The position numbers were made by a program, and so were the translations under genes. Positions 7,775-14,696 of a DNA stretch of 26,831 nucleotides are shown in pieces. The notes beneath the pieces were generated by a model. It ran no database searches and was not told the origin of the DNA. It saw nothing but the letters and a program-made list of their open reading frames with translations. The DNA is from Polyangiaceae bacterium (lineage in GTDB: Bacteria > Myxococcota_A > Polyangia > Polyangiales > Polyangiaceae). The DNA is taken from NCBI GenBank assembly GCA_044222475.1, contig JBGANF010000110.1, positions 1 to 26,831 on the forward strand, written 5' to 3'. Position 1 is the stretch's first letter. The number at the start of each line of letters is the position of its first letter.

Positions 7775-8908
7775 GTGCTCCCTTCCCGCGCCCCCGCCGC
7801 CGCGTCGTTCGTCGCCATGGTGCTCCTCTCGGCCGCCTGCGCGAAGGACATCGTCATCCCGGCCGACTCGACCGAAGCGGTCTGCGGTGACGGAATCCTC
7901 GCCACCACCGAGGAGTGCGACGGCACGTTCCCCGGGTGCAACCTCTGCCGTGTCGTTCCGGGGTGGCAGTGCAACGGCAACGACTGCCACCCGATCTGCG
8001 GCGACGGCAGCGACGGCATCGTCGGCAACGGCCCCAACTGCGAGGGCGCGCACAAGGTCGAGGCGTGCGACATGACCGGCTACTGGATCGCGCGCGAGAC
8101 GACGTTCGCGCGCGACGCGGTCCTCGGCGAAATCCAGACGACGAGCGCGTGGTACGTCTACCACGCGACCCAGACCGGTGAGAGCTTCGAGATCGTCGAG
8201 TCTCTGTGGTGCGGCGTCCGCGTGACCGGATCGGCGACGGTCGAGCCCACCGCCGCGGCGCTCCGGGGCCTCCTCTACCGCAACGACATGGGGAAGACCG
8301 GCAAGCACGGGCCGCGACGGGGAACGTTCAAGCAAGAAGGCTCGGGGTGCGCGTACAGCATCCAGCGTTGGTACAACTCGCGCGGCGTCGTCGACGCGCT
8401 GCTGCCGAACGACTTCAACCTCGAACCCGATCTAGCGACGCTCCCCGCGATGCCGGAGGAGGTCAACCCGATCGAACCGACCGGGCAGAGTCTTGCCGGC
8501 TCCGACGATCCCGACTCCGACGGAGTCGCCGGTGCGAGCTATCGCCTCACCGGCATCGCCGGCGGCATCCGGAGCTCGGCGCAGCGCGACTACGCCGAGT
8601 ACGCCACCAACGTCGGCACGCCCACGGCCGGGAACGCGATCATCTTCGTCGTTCCCGGCGCGTTCGACCTCCAGGAGAGCATCCTCCGCGTGAGCGACTG
8701 CGGTCTCAGCTGCGGCCTCGCGGCGGCGAAGGCCTACGTCGCGAAGGAGAAGACGCCCCGCTCGACGTTGCGGTACCTCGGCCGCACGCTCGACGGCCCC
8801 ACGGCGAAGGCGATCATCAAGGGTCCGCTGCGCGTGGACCCGGCGGTCGACCTCGCGACGTGCGGCACCGTGCGAAGCGCGCTCCCCCACGATCCCGCGA
8901 AAGAATGA
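7775..8908 (+). CDS. Lipoprotein with a myxococcal Cys-rich repeat (DUF4215-like) and an unknown C-terminal domain
   Basis: LSAA-C lipobox; CGDGILATTEECDG...GC..C...GWQC...C.PICGDG motif. Its stop overlaps the next ATG (ATGA at 8905-8908). Start is GTG 7775 or ATG 7817. Confidence 0.8.
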   Translation: MLPSRAPAAASFVAMVLLSAACAKDIVIPADSTEAVCGDGILATTEECDGTFPGCNLCRVVPGWQCNGNDCHPICGDGSDGIVGNGPNCEGAHKVEACDMTGYWIARETTFARDAVLGEIQTTSAWYVYHATQTGESFEIVESLWCGVRVTGSATVEPTAAALRGLLYRNDMGKTGKHGPRRGTFKQEGSGCAYSIQRWYNSRGVVDALLPNDFNLEPDLATLPAMPEEVNPIEPTGQSLAGSDDPDSDGVAGASYRLTGIAGGIRSSAQRDYAEYATNVGTPTAGNAIIFVVPGAFDLQESILRVSDCGLSCGLAAAKAYVAKEKTPRSTLRYLGRTLDGPTAKAIIKGPLRVDPAVDLATCGTVRSALPHDPAKE

Positions 8909-10419
8909 AGATGCGCACCTCGCTCGCCCTCGCGGTCTTCGCCTTTGGTGTCTCGCTCTCGTTCGACGCGGCTGCCACGCCCACGATCGAGACCCTCGGG
9001 CCGGTCGGATCGCACGGTGGCTTCGCTCCTCTCGTCAGCTCGCCCTCGCCTGCGTCGGCGTACTTCAACCCCGCGATGCTCGGCAGCTCGCCGGACGATT
9101 TCCTACTCGGGTTCAGCGCCCTCACCGAGCAGATCTCGCTCACCCTCGACGGTCGCCGCTCCGGCGGCGACGTGCCGCTCGTCGTCGGCGGACGTGACAT
9201 CGTCGGGCCGGGCGGCCAGCCGATTCCCAACCAGACCGTTCCCACCCAGTGGCTGGAGCAGGGCTGCGAAGCCGGTACCAACGTGGGACAATGTCCGGCC
9301 CCCGCGTTCGCCAAGCGCCCGCGGCAGGCGGCCGGAGCGAGCGGCAAAACGCACGCCTACCTCAGCCTCGGCCTGGTGAAGCAGCTCGTGAAGGACCGAC
9401 TCTCGGTCGGGCTCCTCTTGACGCTCCCGATCGTGAACCTCACCACGGCTCGCTCGTTCTACGCCGACGAGCGCGAGGCGCTCTTCGGCAACAGCCTGCG
9501 CCCCGAGCTCTACGGCGATCGTCTCACCGAGATCACGATTGCCCTCGGCGCGAGCTTCAAGATCCTGAAGAGCCTCGAGTTCGGCCTCGGCGCGACGATC
9601 GGTCTCGCGAACCAGGCGTCGGCCCAGACGTACGTTCGCGAGTCGGCGAACTACGACTCGCTGCTGCTCAACAACGACGTCGCGGTGCAAGCCGCGCTCT
9701 CGCCCATCGTCGGCGTGCACTGGATGCCGACCGAGAGGCTGCGCTTCGGCGCCGCGCTCCACGCCCCACACTCCCTCGAGATCGACGCGTCGATCGGCGC
9801 GACGCTCCCCACCGGGACCGCCTCCGAGACGACGCGGAAGCAGGTCCACGATTGGCTCCCGTGGCGATTCGGCGTCGGCGCCGAGTGGGACTTCCGCCGC
9901 TCCGGCAACTACACCGGCACGGTCGCCGCGCAGGTCCGCTGGGCGGGCTGGTCCGGCTACGAGGACCGCCACGGAACGCTCCCCGAGGACTACGGCGGCG
10001 ACCTCCGCTGGCGCAACACCCTGACCTGGTCGGCTGGGGTTCGCCACCGCTGGAAGAAGATTGCAGGATACATGGACCTGCAGTACGCGCCGTCGCCCGT
10101 GCCGCTGCAGATCGGCCGCTCGAACTACGTCGACAGCGATCGCTTCGGCCTCGCCACCGGGGCGAGCCTCGACTTCGTCCTCGGCGGCGTCCACTTGCGC
10201 CCTGGCATCCAGTTCGTCGGCTATCGCATCGCGTACCGGTACCAGCAGAAGGACGACTCGCGCTTGGTCGACGAGCTCCCAGACGGCTCGCGCTACGGCT
10301 CGACCGGCGATCCCGTGCCGGGCGCGCGCGGTCTCCAAACGAACAACCCGGGCTGGCCGGGGTTCACGAGCGAGGGATGGGTCTACGGCGGCAGCCTCGT
10401 GCTCGACGTCCTGATGTGA
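8905..10419 (+). CDS. FadL/OmpP1/TodX-like outer-membrane beta-barrel protein
   Basis: Signal peptide MKMRTSLALAVFAFGVSLSFDAAA, then SAYFNPAML (FadL hatch NPA motif), alternating amphipathic beta-strands, W-x-x-W-S-x-Y and SPVPLQIGRSNYVDSDR. The ORF-track 5' extension from 8206 is a shadow. Confidence 0.78.
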   Translation: MKMRTSLALAVFAFGVSLSFDAAATPTIETLGPVGSHGGFAPLVSSPSPASAYFNPAMLGSSPDDFLLGFSALTEQISLTLDGRRSGGDVPLVVGGRDIVGPGGQPIPNQTVPTQWLEQGCEAGTNVGQCPAPAFAKRPRQAAGASGKTHAYLSLGLVKQLVKDRLSVGLLLTLPIVNLTTARSFYADEREALFGNSLRPELYGDRLTEITIALGASFKILKSLEFGLGATIGLANQASAQTYVRESANYDSLLLNNDVAVQAALSPIVGVHWMPTERLRFGAALHAPHSLEIDASIGATLPTGTASETTRKQVHDWLPWRFGVGAEWDFRRSGNYTGTVAAQVRWAGWSGYEDRHGTLPEDYGGDLRWRNTLTWSAGVRHRWKKIAGYMDLQYAPSPVPLQIGRSNYVDSDRFGLATGASLDFVLGGVHLRPGIQFVGYRIAYRYQQKDDSRLVDELPDGSRYGSTGDPVPGARGLQTNNPGWPGFTSEGWVYGGSLVLDVLM

Positions 10420-10426
10420 GGTCGCT

Positions 10427-10912
10427 TTGAAACGCCTCCTCGACGACGCCACGCGACGAGAGCTGCAGAGCCTCTACGCCGAGACCGACGCGCTCCTCGT
10501 CGGTCACTCGTGCGAGCTCTCGAAGGACTGCTGCCACTTCGGCGTCACCGGGCGCGAGCCCCAGCCGACGCCGGCCGAGCTCGCGCTCGTCTTCGAGTCG
10601 CTTCGCGCGCGCGGGGTGACCCTCGCCTCGCCGAAACGCACGCGCCTACCGATCGCCGGCACGGACCCCCGACGATGTCCCATCTTGGGAAATGACGACC
10701 GCTGTCGCATCTACGAGTCACGGCCGTTCGGCTGCCGCACGTTCTTCTGTGACCGCCGTACCGGCCCGGCGAAGATGCCCCGCAAGGAGATCGTCCTCCT
10801 CGGGCGCCGCATCGCCGACCTCTCGGCGCGAGCCTTCCCGCGCGATCCCCATCCGCGACCGCTCGTCCGCGCGCTGGAGGAGGGCCCCGAGCGCCTCGCA
10901 CGCGCGCGATGA
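10427..10912 (+). CDS. YkgJ family Cys-cluster (putative Fe-S/Zn) protein
   Basis: C-x5-CC ... RCPIL ... CRIYESRPFGCRTFFC, matching the CxxCxxCC family pattern. TTG start with GAGG upstream. Confidence 0.85.
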   Translation: MKRLLDDATRRELQSLYAETDALLVGHSCELSKDCCHFGVTGREPQPTPAELALVFESLRARGVTLASPKRTRLPIAGTDPRRCPILGNDDRCRIYESRPFGCRTFFCDRRTGPAKMPRKEIVLLGRRIADLSARAFPRDPHPRPLVRALEEGPERLARAR

Positions 10913-12672
10913 AGCCTGGCCACTCGGACGGCGTTCGTGTCAGTCTTGGCGAGGTGCCTCGAAAGCACGCTCGCCTCGCGCTCGCGCTGATCCTCGCCCT
11001 CGGCGTGCTGACGTTCCTTCCGGCGCTTCGCTCGCCGTTTCTGCTCGACGACTACCTGCACCAGTCGATGGTCGACGGCGTGTTCCCGAGCAAGCGCGGG
11101 CCGTTCGACCTGTACGACTTCGTCAGCGATGGCGACCGCGCGGTGCTCGCCGACCGCGGCATCCTCCCCTGGTGGATTCACCCGAGGCTGACGATCCGTT
11201 TCTTCCGCCCGCTCTCGAGCTTGCTGCTCTGGGGTGATCACCGCCTCGCGGGGTCGCACCCGCTCCTGCTCCATCTCCACTCGCTCGCGTGGTGGGTCGC
11301 CGCCGTGTTCGCAGCGCGCGCTCTCTATCGGCGCTTCTTCTCCGATCGCGTCGTGCTCCTGGCGACGGCCATCTTCGCGCTGGCGCCCTGCCACACCCTG
11401 CCGCTCGCGTGGCTCGCGAATCGGGAAGCGCTCGTGTCGCTGGTGTTCGGGGCGCTCGGCCTGGGCGCGTACGTACGGTTCAGAGACGAGCGGCACGCGC
11501 GGGATGCGCTCGCCGCGGGAGCGCTGTTCCTTCTGTCGGTGCTCGGGGGCGAGTATGGCCTGGCGTTCGCGGGATACGTCCTCGCCGTCGAGTTCGTTCG
11601 ACCGAAGGAAGCGTGGGGGGCGCGCTTCGTCGGGGTGCTCCCGTTCGCGCTGCCCACCGCTGCGTACCTCGTCGTGCGGAGTCGACTGCACTACGGTACG
11701 GTCGGGTCGGGCTTCTACTCCGACCCACTGTCTGCTCCGTGGACGTTCCTCTCGACCGCACCCGTACGGCTGATGACGCTGCTGGTGGACTCCTGGATCA
11801 CCGTCGACGCGGAGACGTGGCCCAGCTCGACGCCGACGTGGGTCCTCGCAGCGTTCTTCCTGGTGGTCGCCGGTGCGCTCTTCCTCCCCTTGCGCCGAGT
11901 CTTCGCGCAACTCGATCCGGCGACACGACGAACCGCCAGCTGGCTCGTCCTCGGCTCCGTACTTTCACTCGCGCCGACCCTGGCGGTGGTGCCGTCATCG
12001 CGTCTCTTGGGCGTGAGCTACATCGGCGTCGCAGCCGTCATCGCGCTGCTCCTCGATCACGTGTGGTTTCCGAGCAAGCTCCCGTCGGTGAAAGACGAGC
12101 TCCTCCAGAACGCCGCCGTGCTGCTGGGGTTCGCCCACTTGATCCACGGCCCGGTCACCGGTTGGCTCATTGGGCGGCGTTTCCAGCAGTCCGCGGTGGA
12201 GTTCCCCGCCCACACCCGCGTGCTCCGCGAGATCCTCCATGATCCGGCGCACTCGGACGTCGTGCTCGTCCGCGGGCTCTCCGGACAGTTCTTCGCGCCG
12301 TTCGCGCTCGACGAGCACGGTCGTCCACCGGCGCGCTGGCGCGTGCTCGCGCATGCGGGCCACGTGCTCGTCATGCGAACGGACGCGCACACGCTTCGCC
12401 TCGCGACCCCGAAGGACAAGACGCTGTTCCCGGCGGGCGCTGGCAACTTGTTCCGCAGCCCCGACCTCCCGCTCGCCGTCGGCGACGAGGTCCAAGCGCC
12501 CGGCGTGCGGATCACGATCGAGGCGGTCGGGTCGCAGGGTCCTTCTCAAGCGACGTTCGAGTTCGACCAGGACCTCGATGACTCCACTCTCACGTGGATG
12601 GTCGAGGACACCGACGGCTTCAAAGAGGCGGCGCTGCCGCCGGTCGGCTTCGGGAAACCGTTCGATCCCTAG
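10909..12672 (+). CDS. Multi-pass membrane protein, GT-C fold glycosyltransferase-like (TMTC/ArnT-like)
   Basis: F-x-x-DD after TM1 (codons 11047-11052), FFRPLSSL, HLHSL, IFALAPCH...WLANR and GGEYG motifs. About 11-12 TM segments and a soluble beta-rich C-terminal domain. ATGA overlap with the upstream gene. Confidence 0.7.
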   Translation: MKPGHSDGVRVSLGEVPRKHARLALALILALGVLTFLPALRSPFLLDDYLHQSMVDGVFPSKRGPFDLYDFVSDGDRAVLADRGILPWWIHPRLTIRFFRPLSSLLLWGDHRLAGSHPLLLHLHSLAWWVAAVFAARALYRRFFSDRVVLLATAIFALAPCHTLPLAWLANREALVSLVFGALGLGAYVRFRDERHARDALAAGALFLLSVLGGEYGLAFAGYVLAVEFVRPKEAWGARFVGVLPFALPTAAYLVVRSRLHYGTVGSGFYSDPLSAPWTFLSTAPVRLMTLLVDSWITVDAETWPSSTPTWVLAAFFLVVAGALFLPLRRVFAQLDPATRRTASWLVLGSVLSLAPTLAVVPSSRLLGVSYIGVAAVIALLLDHVWFPSKLPSVKDELLQNAAVLLGFAHLIHGPVTGWLIGRRFQQSAVEFPAHTRVLREILHDPAHSDVVLVRGLSGQFFAPFALDEHGRPPARWRVLAHAGHVLVMRTDAHTLRLATPKDKTLFPAGAGNLFRSPDLPLAVGDEVQAPGVRITIEAVGSQGPSQATFEFDQDLDDSTLTWMVEDTDGFKEAALPPVGFGKPFDP

Positions 12673-12684
12673 CGTCCAGGACGA

Positions 12685-13875
12685 TCACGCCGCGAGCCAC
12701 TCGCGAATCCTGAGCGACGGCTTCTCGATGAAGACGTGCATCAAGTACGCGAGCGCAATCGAGAGCGTCATCAACACGAAGACCGAGGCGGGCCACAGGA
12801 TCAACTTCGACACGTGCTTTTCGTCGAGCCGCCGCGCGACGGGTACGATCACCTTGTCGCAAATCGGAATGTGGACCAGGTAGACGCCGTACCCGAGCGT
12901 CGCGATTTTGCGGAAGATCGGCGTCGAGAGGCGGCGCTGGAGCCATCCGTCCCCGTGGAGGATCAAGAGGAGCGTGCAGAAGTACATGACGGTGGTGAGC
13001 GTTCCCCACGCGAACACGTGGAAGAACGGCAAGTTCTCCGGACCGAACATCCACGGCCGGAGCAGGACCCACAGCAGCGTCAGCGCCGGCAACGCGACCA
13101 GCGCGCGACGAAAGGGCGTCTCCAGAAATCGGGCGACCCGATCGCGATACCGCTGTTGCACGAGCGCGAGGATCATCCCCGCCACGAGGGTGTCGAAGCG
13201 GGTGTACGTGCGGAAGTAGAGCGCCGAGTACAGCGTGAAGTCGGTCCACGGGCCGTAGCGCAGGTAGATGTACAGGCGAACGGCAAGGGCGCTGCACCAC
13301 AAGACCGTCAGCATGGCGAGGCGCGCGCGATCGCTGCGCAAGCGGTACAGAACGAAGAACAGGAGCGGCACCGCGAGGTAGAACTGCTCCTCGAGCCCGA
13401 GCGACCACCCCCAGAACATGATGACGTCGGTTCTGCCGAGGGGCATGAAGTTCGTGAGGTACACGTACTCGTAGATCAGGTGATGACGCTGATCCGCGGT
13501 GAGCGACATGGTGAGCGCGAGCACCGTGAGCACGACGTAGTACGAGGGGAACGTGCGGAAGATGCGGCGCAGATAGAAGCGGCGAACGTTCTGCGTGCCC
13601 GACTGCTCGATCGAGCGGAGCAAGATCGAACCGATCAAGAACCCGCTCAACATGAAGAACAGGTCCATACCGAAGAAGACGGCGAGCGACGAAGCGACCC
13701 AATCGCGGTCGAGCGTGATCCCCTGCTCGCCCACGAAGATCCAGGTGACGTGGAACTGGACCACGCTCAGGATGCCCAGCACGCGCAGCCCGTGAAGCGC
13801 CGGGTACCGGTTGTCGAGGAGATCGAGCTGGAAGAATCCGGGCCGCTTGGGGGGCTCGGGCACTGGGGCCGACAT
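12685..13875 (-). CDS. Acyltransferase-3 (OafA/YrhL-like) membrane O-acyltransferase
   Basis: RYPALHGLR...VVQFH, GMDLFFMLSGFLI, FYLRRIFRTFPSYY, WSLGLEEQFY, TYTRFD, YGVYLVH and FIEKP. Confidence 0.92.
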   Translation of the reverse strand: MSAPVPEPPKRPGFFQLDLLDNRYPALHGLRVLGILSVVQFHVTWIFVGEQGITLDRDWVASSLAVFFGMDLFFMLSGFLIGSILLRSIEQSGTQNVRRFYLRRIFRTFPSYYVVLTVLALTMSLTADQRHHLIYEYVYLTNFMPLGRTDVIMFWGWSLGLEEQFYLAVPLLFFVLYRLRSDRARLAMLTVLWCSALAVRLYIYLRYGPWTDFTLYSALYFRTYTRFDTLVAGMILALVQQRYRDRVARFLETPFRRALVALPALTLLWVLLRPWMFGPENLPFFHVFAWGTLTTVMYFCTLLLILHGDGWLQRRLSTPIFRKIATLGYGVYLVHIPICDKVIVPVARRLDEKHVSKLILWPASVFVLMTLSIALAYLMHVFIEKPSLRIREWLAA

Positions 13876-13888
13876 CGAGATGGCGGCG

Positions 13889-13897
13889 ACTATACCA
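13889..13897 (-). promoter_or_regulatory. Putative extended -10 promoter (TGG-TATAGT) for the acyltransferase
   Basis: TG-n-TATAGT, with the hexamer 13 nt upstream of ATG 13875. Confidence 0.5.
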
Positions 13898-13904
13898 GCC
13901 CGAG

Positions 13905-14651
13905 CTAGCGCGTGCGCTCGAGCGCGAGGGCCACGAAGCTCGACATCAGGTACGCGAACGTCTCCTCGTCACTGTCCCAGGTGCGTTTGGGCCCGACGTG
14001 CTCGTGGCACACGACCCCGACCATCTTGCCCTGCACCCAAATGGGGACGTCGAGCATGGAGTTGATCTTCAGCGGTGCGAGATAGACCGTCGAAAAGCAC
14101 GACGTCCGCGGGTCGGTGTGGGCGTCGTGCGCGGCGATGGTGCGCTCCGTCGCGAGCGCGTGGAAGTACGGCGGGAAGTCCTTGGCGAAGAGCTCGGTCC
14201 CCGAGGTGTGCTCGCGGGTGGTGCGGACGAACAGGTCGCGACACGATATCTTCGTGTGGCCGTCGTCGAGGAACCAGAGGCTCACGCGCTCGACGTCGAG
14301 CGTGCTGCTGGCGGACTCGGTGATGCCGCATCGCGTGTCGACGCCGATGAGCGCGCTTCGCTGCGCCATCAGCTCGACGAACGTCGCGAGGTGACGGCGG
14401 AGAACCGCCCCCTCGTTCCGTGCCGTCGGTTTGAGCGCCTCCGCCTCGACCGAGCTCGACGCCGCGCGGCGCTCGTTCTCTGCCAAGAGCCTGGCGAACG
14501 CGTCACCGACCCGTTTGGTCAGAGCCGGGCTGTCCGGGCTCGTCAGTGCTTCGTTCGAGGTGATTCGCGCCAGCGATGCAAGTCGAACCTTGCCTGGGAC
14601 CCCGAGCTGGGTGGCTGCCCGTTCGAAGTACCGAAACGCGTCTTTTCCCAT
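13905..14651 (-). CDS. GAF-domain protein with a small N-terminal helical domain and no output domain
   Basis: GAF hallmarks: LDVERVSLW, FPPYFHAL, AAHDAHTDPRT..F...YL.PLKINSMLDVPI, GVVCHEHVG..RTW..DEETFA. Start is ATG 14651 (GGAG upstream) or GTG 14672. Confidence 0.85.
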   Translation of the reverse strand: MGKDAFRYFERAATQLGVPGKVRLASLARITSNEALTSPDSPALTKRVGDAFARLLAENERRAASSSVEAEALKPTARNEGAVLRRHLATFVELMAQRSALIGVDTRCGITESASSTLDVERVSLWFLDDGHTKISCRDLFVRTTREHTSGTELFAKDFPPYFHALATERTIAAHDAHTDPRTSCFSTVYLAPLKINSMLDVPIWVQGKMVGVVCHEHVGPKRTWDSDEETFAYLMSSFVALALERTR

Positions 14652-14696
14652 CTTCTCCGGTAGTACCGCCACGCGGTGGAAACCGGCGTGATCCGT

